Below the pieces are notes generated by a model, which made no database searches, was not told the DNA's origin, and worked only from the letters and a program-made list of their open reading frames with translations. This document shows positions 47,078 through 59,865 of a DNA stretch of 60,320 nucleotides, in pieces. Position 1 is the stretch's first letter, and each line of letters opens with the position of its first letter. Both the position numbers and the translations under genes were made by a program. Source of the stretch: Girardia tigrina (taxonomy: Eukaryota); assembly GCA_001938485.1 (NCBI GenBank), contig MQRK01217587.1, positions 62,337-122,656 of the forward strand, given 5' to 3'.

Positions 47078-48629
47078 TCATATTCTAACTGAATTTTGGT
47101 TATTTTTTTATTGTGTGATGGTAGTTAGAAAATATTAAAAACGATATTTGGTTTCATTTACATGAAAGTAAATTATAAATTATAACTTTGAATTTACAAT
47201 TTTGATAAATGATATTGGCAAATACCTTGAAAGGATTGCCACTAAAGGATCAATCATAAAGCATTTAAAACCATATTTATATGTCAAAAAGATTTGTATA
47301 ATCATATTAAAATATTGAAAATTTGTTTCGGATATTTTAGGTAAAACCTATCATATTTTTTAAAATTATTTTTATTTATATTTTCAAGTTTCCTTTCTCT
47401 CTTGTACGCTAATATCATCACAATGTTCATTTCTCTTGAATGAACCACAAAGTCTAAATATATTTTCTAAAAAGGTTCACTTGCGGATTGCTTAATATGT
47501 CTTTCTTTTGTTTTCACAGAAAGTGTTTTTCTCTTTTGACAATATATGCAACTTTGAACAACTTTGTAATATAACAAATTTGTTTTCCTCTTATTTTGGG
47601 GGCTACAAATCTGTTATTTTAACTATTGTTTGGAGTAAACTAAACTGATCAAATAAAAGATACTTTATTTGATAAACCCAGTTTGTGGATGACTAAAAAA
47701 TGATAATAGTAGGTAAATAGAGAACGTTAGAATAAAACTTGTATACTACAACTGAATAACTTTAATCAAAAGAAAATAACCTTACAAAGATATTATCTAT
47801 TTTGTTGACACTGAAAATATATAGTCGTAATAGGAGGGTAAATAATGAATAGTTCGTTCGTTGATTCGATAATTAGTAGTTAGTGTCGTGGTTCAACAAT
47901 AAGTAGTTCAATGTAGAGGAATAATTGAACGGATGGATCAGTGATGAATTGTTTAGTGGAAAGGATAAATTGAATCAGTGGAATTGGTTACAAATAGTTT
48001 GGTAAAAATGATAAACTGAATCGTTTTTGATCAGATATAAAATAATTCGGTCAAAAAAAATGAATCAAGGGTAAGTAAGTAATTAGATCAGAAATTATAA
48101 TTTTTGATTTATTTTTTAATCCATATTTCTATGGGTTTTATTTTTGAAAATTATAATTATTCTGTTATATTAGTATTATATTATTATCATATAAATATTC
48201 TGTTAAATTATTCTGCTTCCTTTCTTTTTTCTTTTTTTTAAAAAAAACTAACTTTAATTCCAAACAGTGGAAGGATTAATTTTGAAAGCGATTTGTCCTG
48301 GAATAAATACAACTGACTGGGATTGTTCACCATACAATAAATAAAATAAATAATTCACTACATCAGATACAACACAACATCATAACAAAAACAAATAATC
48401 AGACGTAAATTGAGACCGAGAACGAAACATACATATTTAGAAGGTCAAACATCGTTAAAATCATTTTTTTATAAAAAATCACAAGATCACAAACATATCA
48501 TATACATACAAACACAAAGATAAAAAAAATTTGAGGAATATCATAAAAGAATAAATAAGTAATAAAAAAAATATGATCATGTACAATCAGAAAAAAATAA
48601 AGGAAGAGAAAAACACACACAGTACGTTC

Positions 48630-50680
48630 GTTTAAGTGAGGTATCAGGCTATTACAAACTTCTTTTATCTTTTCCCTCGCATTTCCCATATCAAAATCAT
48701 CTCTGAGGTAGTTAAAAATCTTTTTACGCCCGACATGACATAAAATCTTATGCATATCTTCAATAAAATCGGTTCTTTTGTTTTTGGGATCTAGTACTTA
48801 TTATTTTCTGTTGCCACTATTTCATCTTTAAGTTTCCATTTATTTGTTCTTTCTTGTTTCAAATCTTCTTGTATTTGTTCGATTTCTTCATTATCATTCT
48901 GCAATTTGAAACTATTTGACCCTTCTTGTAACGCTAGAATTCGCGTTTTAATCTTTCCTTTCTTCGCTTCTTCATGTGTTGTTTGGCACTGATAACTTAA
49001 TTCACAAGAGTTTCTAGACATAGTATCTGCATTCGAATGTGTTTTGCTTTCCTGTATTCCATTGTCCTATCAACACCACTGAGAAAATGTATGCATGTTT
49101 GAAATTGCGGTGTTATTGGGTTCTTTGTGGTCATCATAAAGGTAATAGCTTTGTGATCTGTTCGCAACAAGAATCTTTTTCCATATAAGAAATGCTTAGA
49201 ATGCTAAGTGAAATAATATATTGCACGTAATTCTTTGCAGGTAATGCAATAACCAAGTTCATGTTTATTCATCTATTATAGTTTGAACCATTCATTCTTT
49301 TAATCTCTGAAAAGCTTCGTCACATTCTTTTGTTCATATTATTTTCTTATCCTTGTTTTCAGCATAAATACCTTTTAAACTCTTAGAATATCTTGCATAA
49401 TCTTCTATGAATTTCCTGTAATAATTTGTTAAACCCAAGTAACTCCTTAGATGTTTAATACCTGATGGGTTTTGAAACTTGTTAATCGGGGATCAATCTT
49501 CGTTTTATCTGTTTTATCTGTTATCCCAAAAATTTGTTCTTCTTTATTAGAAATTGACATTTCTCAGGGTTAAACCTCAAACCTGATTCTTTGATTTTTT
49601 TAAACACGTTCTTTATTCTTTGTATATGTTCTTTCTTATCTTTAGAAAATATCAAAATTTCGTCAAGATATACGACGGCTTTCTTCCAGTGCAATTCTCC
49701 AAGAATTTTTACCATTAGTTCTTGAAAGGTGGCTGGAGCTGATGCTATTCCGAAAGGCATTCTTTTAAAACAATATTGATCAATCTTTGTTGAGAATGCC
49801 GTTTTAATCTTTGATTCTTTATCCAGTTCAACTTGATAGAATGCGTTTCGCAAGTCAATTGTACTGAAACACATTGCACCGTTTAATGTATTCAACATAT
49901 CATCCACATTTCGCTAAGGGAATACTGGTCTAAGAGTAACTTTATTTAATTGTCGAAAATCCATACACACTCGTATTTCTTGTTTCTCTTCCAAACGCAT
50001 ACTAATGGAAAGTTCCATGGTGAACTACATTTTTCGATTATATCATTTATTTCAAAATTTTTATTAACTTTGTCTAATTTTTCATCAAAGTGCCTTAATT
50101 GTCTTTACGACTTTACTAATACCGGTTCATCATTAGTTTCTATTTTGTGTTTCGTCAATTATTTTTCTATAATATCCCATTTATCTGCCATGAATATCGA
50201 TTAAAACTCTTTTATCATTTTCATCAACTGATCATCGATTTTACTACTGAATAGTCCTGTTATCCTTATCCATATACACCATCACACACAATCATACCTA
50301 ATTTCATCACTTAATGAAGCACATTGATCTCCTCTCCTTGCTATTGTGCCTCCTCATTTCCCTGATATTTTTCATACCTTTGTCTCTTATCTAGGAAAAC
50401 CCTTTATTGTTACATTCATCATTTTATTCATAAATTTCCACAACTGGGTATCGTTAATTTTGAGGTTTATTACGTTATCTTTCATTATTTGCTTTCTTCC
50501 AATCACTATTTCAATTGTATTGTTCTCTTTCATTAAATTTATTCTTGTTGAGATAACATTGAGTTCTATAATGGCCATTTCTGTTGCAGTGAGTACACTT
50601 CACATTCGGGCAATCTCATCTTACGTGGCCTTCTTTTTGACATGCATAGCATTTATAATGCATAACAGAACGTTCTAGTC
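48630..50680 (-). mobile_element. Degraded Ty3/gypsy internal region (gag remnant, RT, RNase H, integrase Zn-finger start)
   Basis: FSTIDLRNAFYQV..FKRMPFGIASAPATFQ..VYLDEILIFS..NPEKCQF; RTDHKA; HKILCH. Confidence 0.9.
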
Positions 50681-50758
50681 AACTCAATATCATTGAAACA
50701 CGTAAAATGATAAGTTTGTTTTAAAAAATTATTTGTCAAATATTTACTAAAATAATAT

Positions 50759-51180
50759 TGTGAGGGAAAATTCGGAATGTTGTAAGTTTTTTTGTTTGAA
50801 TGCTGTTTAGATTGGTGACTCTCCGACCCACATGGGATTGATTAATTATTTAAATCTAATGAAATTAATTTTATGAGATTAATTTTTTAATACTAATTAA
50901 TTAAGTTTTATAATTATAAATTTTAAAATTATTTTAGTAAACGATTTTAACTTATTGAATTTAATTAAAAAAAAACTAATGTTTATTTTAAAAATTATTT
51001 AATGCATTTTTATCCAATACAATTTTGAGAAATTTAAAATTAATATTATTCTTATCTCATTAATTAATTTAAAGATTTGAATATATAGCTACAAAATCAT
51101 ATTAATCAAGAATGATGCTTTCCGCAAATTGTGCTACTGACAATGAGTCTGCTTGTGTTAGTAATAAATGTTTACACGCG
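50759..51180. mobile_element. LTR-family copy (TGTGAGG start), right end uncertain
   Basis: Similar to the other TGTGAGG-family LTR copies. Confidence 0.5.
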
Positions 51181-51290
51181 AATTATATATTGATGAGTAA
51201 AAATAAAAAATAACAATTTAAATTATTAAATTTGTAAAATTACGTTTAAATTAGCTTGTTTTAATATTCATCTCCAACGCAACACGATTT

Positions 51291-51304
51291 GTTACTTGGA
51301 TAAT
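51291..51304 (+). promoter_or_regulatory. Candidate RFX X-box upstream of CFAP300
   Basis: GTTACTTGGATAAT ends 17 bp before the ATG. It is an imperfect match to the X-box typical of ciliary gene promoters. Confidence 0.4.
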
Positions 51305-51321
51305 ATTTCAAACAAACCATC

Positions 51322-54300
51322 ATGATTGTTAACGACAACAGTTCCTTTCTTTCATTACCCGACAGAAAATACGTGATATTTTCAAATAGAGATTTTGAAA
51401 ACAGTCTAATGAAATGGTAGAACGAATATTTCAATCGAGTAAGAATAAATTGTAACAAATTTCCAAATTCAGGTCGATGAAAGGACAAATTAAATGCCAC
51501 TGTTTCGGTTTCGATAACTCGTTTAAAAGTTACGACATAAACAATTTTTTAGAAGTAAAATTATAATCGATTCGATTTTCGCGGTTTTCTTTTTTACATC
51601 AAAAAATCAAATAGAAATTTTTTTCCGATCCTTCGGTTTACAAATTGCTTAATGAAGATTCGCCATTGATTTTGTGCGAAATTGAAGCGATTCCGTGTAC
51701 ATTGACGTCGATGGATTTATTCCTGCGAATGGGAGGGAAAATCCATCGCGACAACGGTCGATTAATCGGCACTGCGGATGAATATCGCGACGGAATACTA
51801 ATGTCAGACGAGTTGAGACATGTATCGGTTGCTGTAGTTCGGTAATTGTGTCGGTTCTGTATCGCTCTAGTCCCACGAAATGATTTTTTTCTTATTTTAT
51901 TTAAATTTTTATTATTTTTAGTGAGATAAAAAATCCAAAAAATCGATTTTTTGAAGATATTTTCAAAATAATTATTTTCTTAATTTAATCTGGATTTTTT
52001 TATTAATTTTAGGTATTTTTAGTTGAAGGAAAAACATAAAATAAGTTAAAATTCTCTTCGTCTTAATTTATTTTTAAATTTTTGTATTTCCAATATTTAT
52101 TATTGAATTTCTTTTCTCTTGAGAGAGACATGTGGCAATCGACTTCCTATCCGCTTTATTGTGTAATGGATAGAAAGCGAAGACGAGCTTGTTGTTCCTT
52201 TAAGATTTGTTCCTTTGATTTAACCTCAAACAATTTTTGCATTCCATTGAATACACCGCCAGGGACTGTAGCCATGAGTTGTTCATTCATATTAAAGCAA
52301 GGAGTCTCTTCTAATTCAAAGCCGCTTTGTTGGATATTCTTCTGCTTCTTTTGGTACAAATCAGAATGTTCTGAACCTTGAATCTTTTTCAATTCAGTTT
52401 CTGCTTGTTGGTATAGTTGCGTCTTTCGTTTTCTTTGCTCGTGCCTTTTCTTTGTTCGGCTCATTTTGCTGGTCATTGATGCCATCATATCTTCCTTAGT
52501 GATAGATGCATGAATTATTGAAAATGAAGCAAGGTTTAAATCTTTCCCCAATTTCTCTAGGTCGCGGCAAACAGTTGATTGTGACGTATTAAGCTTCTCT
52601 GCTAACTCTCTCATTGTTTGCGTGGATTTTGATTCGTCTTTCAAGGTCACATCTTCAGAACGGAATTTTACAAACCAATTTCTTACTGTTCGATCGGTTC
52701 TCACTCCCTCACCATACACACTGCATATTTTGGGGCCATAGCAGCAGCCCTATTGCCTTGTTTAAATTCCCAAAGCATAATATGATGTAAGTGTACTTTT
52801 TGATTCTCCATTTTAAAGGTGAAAAAAACATTCAATTTAGCGCGCACAACGCCAGATAGCTGTCTAAAGACTAACTAAAGTCCAAACTGCATAGCGAAAA
52901 CGAAAATCCCGTGTTTCGATAACCCGTTGTATGTGTTTACAATAACAATAGAAACCGTGTACCTGGGCGGAAGTTATTTATGATCCAACATAATAATTGG
53001 TTTTTTTAATTTCTATTTTTACAGTGCGTTCCAAAAGTCTGTTCACACCCATAAAAATCATTACTTATACAAATTTCCTAAGTAAAAAGACGATGAAGTG
53101 GAAGTAAATATTATATTTACAAATAAAAATGTTATTTTTAATATTTTGTGTGGTATCCTTTCATCTTGATGATTGAAGACACCCTTCGCGACATCGAATC
53201 GACAAGTCGACGACATAAAGAACTTGGTATGTTGTACCATAACTTTTGTATTTCTATCCACATTTTCTCTGAATTCAAAGTATCCATATTATTGCGATGT
53301 GATTGAAAAACTGATAACATTTATAACGAGCAAGCAGCCAAACACTTGATTCTGCTTTTCATAAAACTAATGTGGAATCCACTTTTTCACTTTACCAATT
53401 TGAGTTAGGTGATTCAATATTATTTGCTTTGTAACAACCAGCGTTTGCAATAAATCCTGAGTACTTTGTGATAGATTTGACTCCACTGTTACATTCAGTT
53501 TTTCATTATCTACCTGCGTCTCTGGGCAACCCCGAGGTTCATTTTTTAGGTTAAAATTTCCTGAATCCATTCGAGACTATCTGATGGATAGTGTCATTGT
53601 ATTCGAATACACTATTGATGTTTCGCATGGATTGTGATGCTGAGGTTCCACGTAGAAACTCGTACTTCGAGTTAGTTCGATTGTCTGCATTTTCTATTTT
53701 TTAAATACTGATTATTAAAACAAGTTATCAATACTTTTAATTAATTTTTATTGATCTGTAGCAATAAAAAATAAGCAAACAAAATGTTAAGTCACTCTCG
53801 AATCATAGCTTTTGCAATTTATTCTAATTATGTTTACAAATTTTCCTACTTGACAACCTAATATTTTAGTGACTTTATTAAGACAAAAGTCTCAAAAAAA
53901 TTTACAATATTTTTTGTAATTATTTTTTTCTTTTTTTAAAATATTTATTATTTACAGAAAAAAATACTTTTTTTACAAAAAATAAAATATTTTATCGTAT
54001 TTTAATTTATGAAATTTTCTTTTTCCTCAAAAATATCGATAGAAATTTTTTATCGATTTTTCGATTCACAAATTGCTACGTGAAGATTCTTGAGTGATTC
54101 CGTTCGAAATAGAAGCGATTTTGTGTACGCTGACGATAATAGATTTATTTCTGTGAATGTATCAATTTTTATTGTTCTTATTTCATGTTTTGTGAAAATG
54201 ATTTCAATTTTTTAATTTTCATTATTTTTAGTGATATTTTTGCGAAAAAAAACTAGAAAAATATTTGAAATGTTTTTCAAAATTTATTCTTTAATTTTTT

Positions 54301-56015
54301 ATTAATTTAAATGATTTTTCGTGACTTTTGAGGAAAAAAATCTTGACAAAATATTCTTTCCAGAAAAATGAAAATGTAATTTTCCCACTTATTTTTCATA
54401 TTTTTGTTTTTTTATTGACTTTATATAGTAAAAAATATTTTTCTCAAAAAAAATTAAATAATTTTTTCTTAATTTATTTTTCTTACTTTTTATATTAATT
54501 ATTGTCAATGTTTATTAATAAAAAGTATTTCAATTAAAATCATTTGTCATAACAATTTTGTAATAATTTTGTTCATAATGTTTGTTTTTTCATGTTTGTT
54601 TAAATTTATAAAATTTTTAATCACTATAGAAAACATTTTCAAAAAATATAAAATAATTGTTCTTCTTAAATATTTCATTTGTTCATATTTTCTTTAAAAA
54701 AATAAATTTAAATTAGTTATCTTTATGTCAATCTTTTATTTCAATCTTTTGTAAAAGGGAAAATTTCATACCAAAATTTTTACAACTCCATTTTGCAATT
54801 AAATAGTGACTTATAACACAATAAATTCATTATAAAGTATGGAAGTAAAAAACCAAATCATTTCTATTTAATACAGTTTAAACATTTGAGGATAATCGTA
54901 AAAAGTTTTCTTGCAAAAATATTCTTTTGATTTAATAATTTGATCAAATTTTCACATGATCATTTATTGTCATCGAGAATGAGTGCAAATATTGGAGAAA
55001 TTTGATTGAGTAAAAAGCCTTCAAAAATATGTTTCTAAAATCAATGGATACATGTATATTAGAAAGCAAGATAATAAAAAGAATGGAAAAATTACAAACA
55101 AGGAATAAATTACCGTATAAAAATTAAATAACCTTCGAAATTTATTTAATGTTTTTACATTTTTACAGAGAGACAAGTCTTCATCTTCTAACTAAAATTG
55201 CTGAACATATTCAATCGAGTATAAATAGTTCAATTTTTACCCATTTTGAAAAATATAAAGGTAAGGAAAAGAACCAGTGCCAATGAGTAAAGGATTTATA
55301 TAATGATGCATACAGAAAATTACATATTTTATTTTTGAGGCACCGTGTTGGTTGGTACACCTATCGGGATTTCCTGTTATAATTGACACAAATTTTATAA
55401 CAGTAGATCAAACAGAAGTGTGATTTAAAAAAATATGAAATTTCATGAAAATGAATTAAATATAGTAGGGATATTCAAACCAAAAAGGAAAATGTTAAAA
55501 ATTTAATTTTTCGGTTAGGACTAGAGCTGTACGGAACTGACCACGGAGCAATTAATAAAAAAACAAATTGTACGATCATAATTATCGATCTAGATGTTAC
55601 TGAATGAGGATTCTGAATATTACGATTTGTTTTCTGAAGAAACCCGCAAAGAGTTTTTGTTTCAATTATTCAAACTGTTCTGTATTGGCGGCGAAATCTG
55701 CCAATACGAGGACGAAATCCGTCCGTATTTGGATATCACAAAAGCGTTCTACAAAGATCTCATCAGTGTCCAAAAGGACACAGACAATAACATCGTCGTT
55801 GTCTCTCACGTTTATAAAATTCGGTGCAAAGTTTGTCACATTTTCATTGTTAACTATCTCTATTGACTATCGATCGACTGTTGCAGAACAGCAGAGGCGC
55901 GATCGTGTTCCCGGACTCGTCGAATCACGAGAATTCATTCGCCTTTATCATTATTGATCCAAGAAAGAAGCATTTACACTGCCTGTGGCATTCTTTTGGC
56001 TGTGGATTGTTCTAA
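51322..56015 (+). CDS. CFAP300: Cilia- and flagella-associated protein 300 (C11orf70; dynein arm assembly factor), 249 aa
   Basis: Five in-phase exons: 51322-51416, 51473-51554, 51615-51821, 55594-55830, 55887-56015. Motifs [103 protein letters not shown]. Confidence 0.92.
52544..52992 (-). mobile_element. Mariner 5' fragment (TIR + HTH domains)
   Basis: MENQKVHLHHIMLWEFKQG..VYGEG..TVRNWFVKFRS..RELAEKLNTSQSTV. Confidence 0.85.
53022..53320 (-). mobile_element. Tc1 3' fragment
   Basis: RLVDSMSRRVSSIIKMKGYHTKY followed by TIR CAGTGCGTTCCAAAAG. Confidence 0.8.
53367..53861 (-). mobile_element. Mariner 5' fragment
   Basis: TIR TTAGGTTGTCAAG; SGNFNLKNEPRG..HLTQIGKVKKWIPH. Confidence 0.8.
54043..54159 (+). 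pseudogene. Decayed partial duplicate of CFAP300 exon 3 within intron 3
   Basis: AG|KFFIDFSIHKLLREDS*VIPFEIEAILCTLTIIDLFL aligns to exon 3 [37 protein letters not shown]. Confidence 0.8.
54939..55056 (+). repeat. Dispersed repeat, second copy at 59172-59295
   Basis: TTGATCAAATTTT..ATGGATACAT shared between the two copies. Confidence 0.7.
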
Positions 56016-56510
56016 TATTATTTTTTGTTCGGTTGAGTTAGCCGTATTTTTATGTGATAAATAAATGTTATTTGATTTTTGTTACTGTATACTTTTTGTT
56101 TTTAGAAGTAAAAATAAACTGGTGTTGCGGTTGATATTATTAGTGTTGGATTTTATATTATTATTTTAATTTTATTAATTTAAATTTATTTGTTTTATGG
56201 TATACTTTAGCATCTGAGTTTATTTTGACCAAACATATTATTTAGATATGCATCTCTGCCGAGTGTCTCTACCTATCACTTATCAGAGATCCATATCATA
56301 TCCGATTATACTCATCTGACTCTATGATTCTAACAAGTGAGGAAAATCAAGCAGATCTCGGGTTTTTATGACTCTTATATTTAATTATTTATCATTTTTC
56401 TACTATTTAAGTTTAAATTGGATTTTAATATGTTTACTGAAAAGAACTTTGCATATTAAAGATTTATTAAAAATTGAAATCATCCAATAAATCAATTAAT
56501 CCTCTCCTCA

Positions 56511-57271
56511 TCATCTATTTTCCGAATCGGATAAAACTATAAACTCCTCTCCCTGTCCAGTCGTAATGGATCGAAAGCGAAGGCGAGCTTGTTGTTCCTT
56601 TAAGATTTGTTCCTTTGATTTAACCTCAAACAATTTTTGCATTCCATTGAATACAGCACCAGGGACTGTAGCCAAGAGTTGTTCATTCATATTAAAACAA
56701 GGAGTCTCTTCTAATTCAAAGCAGCTTTGCTGGATATTCTTCTGCTTCTTTTGGTACAAATCGGAATGTTCTGAACCTTGAATCTTTTTTAATTCAGTTT
56801 CTGCTTGTTGGAATAGTTGCGCCTTTCGTTTTCTTTGCTCGTGCTTTTTCTTTGTTCGGCTCATTTAGCTGATCATTGATGCCATCATATCTTCCTTAGT
56901 GATAGATGCATGAATTTTTGAAAATGAAGCAAGGTTTAAATCTCTCGCATCCATGGGTTTATTAGCTGCAATTCTAAAAGCAGTCTCCAAGATCATCGCA
57001 GGATCTACTTTGGAGATTTTCTTTATGATCTTTTGTGGTACTCCGACATATTTTGTTGAATCCTCAACTCGGTAATTTCAACCTGTAAGGTCTTAATTTT
57101 TTGTTGCGATAACAAATATTTGTCCACCATCGGTTTGTGTCCTGATAAAGGAACTGAAATTCTTCTGTATTCATAGAGCTCCATTATTTTTTCGGACAAC
57201 TCTTTTGATTTTGTCAATTTCTTCCCTCCTTTTCTGAAGCTCACGGAGCAACCCTCTATCTTGTTTTTCAT
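56511..57271 (-). pseudogene. Disrupted intronless orphan ORF (~250 aa), partially duplicated at 52163-52543
   Basis: ORFs 57023-57271 and 56511-56864 are joined across one frameshift and one stop; the stop is a Lys codon in the second copy. Confidence 0.55.
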
Positions 57272-57353
57272 AAATCGGTCGATTCATTAACTTAATGAGG
57301 ATGAGAAGTGGATTCATTGATGTAATAAAAAAAATAAATAAAAAAATAAAAAA

Positions 57354-57698
57354 TAGTTGATGGAGATAAGTAAAGACAAATTCTCAGTTTAACAATAACG
57401 CCTTTTCACAACCAGATCATTAACAGGCCCGACAGGCACTAAAAGCACCTGCCGTCCATTATTGATAGATCGGTAGCTTGCAAATATCCTCGAGAAATAT
57501 TAACTGCCTGATCGTCAACAGTCTAGGCAGGCACTATCAGCACCTGTCGTTATTCATTAACAGATCGGCAGCTTTCAAATCCTCTCTAGAAATATTTATT
57601 GCCTGATCGTCAACAGTCTCGACAGGTACTATCAGCACCTGCCGTTACCAATCGACGGATCGGCAATCATGAGGACATCTTCAAATCTCCATCAACTA
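57354..57698. repeat. IR-bounded module with 2.5 x 95-bp tandem repeat
   Basis: Perfect 14-bp IR TAGTTGATGGAGAT; repeat units start at 57431, 57526 and 57621. Confidence 0.8.
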
Positions 57699-58523
57699 AA
57701 AAAATAAAAGGTAAAATTTACCAAGTCAAATTCTTTTAAAAAATATATGTGATGACAAAAGTTCTGGTAGAGTATACAAATTCAGACGAATTTATATCAA
57801 TCTTTCGTCACAAAAACTCACAGAACCAGCAAGCAGACAATTCTCACAGTCAACCTTCAATCATCCATCACTAAATTAACAGCCCTCAGATAGAAACAAT
57901 CAGAGACAGCCGAAATTCTGGTCAAATCAGGTAAACAAATCAGGTCAACAAATTCTCACCAGAAAATATTCAATTCAATGGGACCAAAGTCCAAAACCAA
58001 TTAAAAGTTTCTCTTTTTTTAATAAATTAATATTATAATTTATAATTATAATCATTTTTATTTTTTGGTTTTTAGATCCTGGGAGTCGTTTCTTTTGCCC
58101 GCCTCGGTCCCGGTGCAATGAATAGGCCCGAGGCCGAGCCAAAGGAAAACTCTGATCCAAACACTAGCGATATATTTATTTTCAAACCAAATGTTCAGAA
58201 TTCCAATTCAAATGGTTCATTAATTAATAATCGTTATATTTGCGATTATAAATGACAAAAAACACTTTTAACTATTGAATGAAAGCTTACCTCAAACGAA
58301 TAATTTAGTCGAGGGCTGATGAATGACGTTTCAATTATTTATCGTGTCATCAGTCCGCAATTTGCAACACAATTGATCACTTTTGCTGTGAATAGAACAT
58401 AATAAAGCAAACTAAGAGTAATGTTCATTCTAATTCTCAGACAATTGAAAAGCATTTTATAGAGTGTTCCAATAAAATTTACGTTTTGTATACTCAAATA
58501 AAATACATAATTGAAATAGTTGT

Positions 58524-59026
58524 TGTGAGGAATATTTTAAATTTGGTATGTTGAGTTTAGTATTTGGAAATGTGCTTCTCCCACCCAGATGGAAAATTAG
58601 TATTTTTGGTGTTCACGATGAATAATTATTCGAGTATAATTTGCATTTTCAAGTACAGCATAAGATATTTTAAAAACTTTAAAAATATTAAACCGTTTCA
58701 AATTTTAATATTAAAAATTTAAATAAAGTAAATAACTTTTAAATAAGTTTTAAATTAAACAAATGTTCTTTCTTTAAAAAATCATTTTTAAATAAAGTTA
58801 ATATGTAGATAAAATTATTACTAAAATTACAACATTTGAACTTTAAAAATAAAATCTGAAAATAATGAAAAATTTGTTCGAATAATTGTTTATTAAAAAA
58901 CATTAACTAAAATTTATCACCTTAGAACGATGTCGAATTACGAAAGTTTTACTAAGAGTTTTCCAAAAGACAATTCAAATTGTATTAAAAATAAATGTTC
59001 GAAAACCCATGTTGATGTTTTTAATA
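58524..59026. mobile_element. Solo LTR (opposite orientation)
   Basis: TGTGAGG...TTAATA ends; TSD GTTGT/GTAGT. Confidence 0.75.
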
Positions 59027-59865
59027 GTAGTAAATCAAAAAAAATTTATATCCATACTTTTTGTGGGTGGTACTCTACTTAGCCAACAAAATTCACGAAA
59101 GTACTAATAAACACCTCTCGTTTCTTGTAAAATGCATGGAGAATTGAAAATCGAATTAACTTACTTAACTCTTGATCAAATTTTTACATAATCATTTATT
59201 GTCATCGAAAATGAGTAATTGTGCAAAGTTTGGAGAAAATTCATTGAGTAAAAAGCCTTCAAAAATAGGTTTCTAAATTCCATGGATACATATGTAGAGA
59301 TCAAGCTGATATAAAGCATGGAATGAACGAATTTTATGACATTAATACAAACAAAATAATATACTAACAGTCTATAAATAAAAACCTTCTTTATCTTCGA
59401 TATTCTGCTGATCCAATCTGAACATATATGTCTAATTCATTTCATCTGAGAGTATAAAACGAAAATTTTGATTTGATCACCCTATAATACTCTTGATAGC
59501 GGAATTTTGTTTTTTTTGTGGAATTTATTATTTTTTAATTTGTGAGGAAGTTAAAGTGGAAAAGAAGAAAAAAGAAGAAATTAGATTACGAAATAAAAGT
59601 TTTAATGATTATTAAGATTTATTTTGGTAAATGAATGAAATATCGACCACAGTAAAATGAGAATTTTTAAAATGATTACTTATCGAGTTTATACGGGACA
59701 AGTTGATTATTCTCTTAGCGGTTCCTGTCATAAGTCTGTTGTCATAAGTCAGTTTAGGATGTGATATTGTCAGCTATGTGATATTATTGTACCTTGTTTA
59801 CATCTCGGAAAACTTTATTCATTAATGTTATTTTTCCATTCTTTTTATTAGCTTACTTTATATAT

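Noticed and set aside
50346-50678. Hydrophobic ORFs resembling membrane proteins (also 15137, 32596, 40680)
   Set aside because: Antisense of TE sequence or AT-bias artifacts with no motifs or splice structure.
55169-55260. Exon-like segment in CFAP300 intron 3
   Set aside because: Length is not a multiple of 3, it is not CFAP300-like, and exons 3 and 4 join seamlessly without it.
57431-57665. CRISPR-like array
   Set aside because: Whole 95-bp units repeat with no unique spacers; eukaryotic context and no cas genes.
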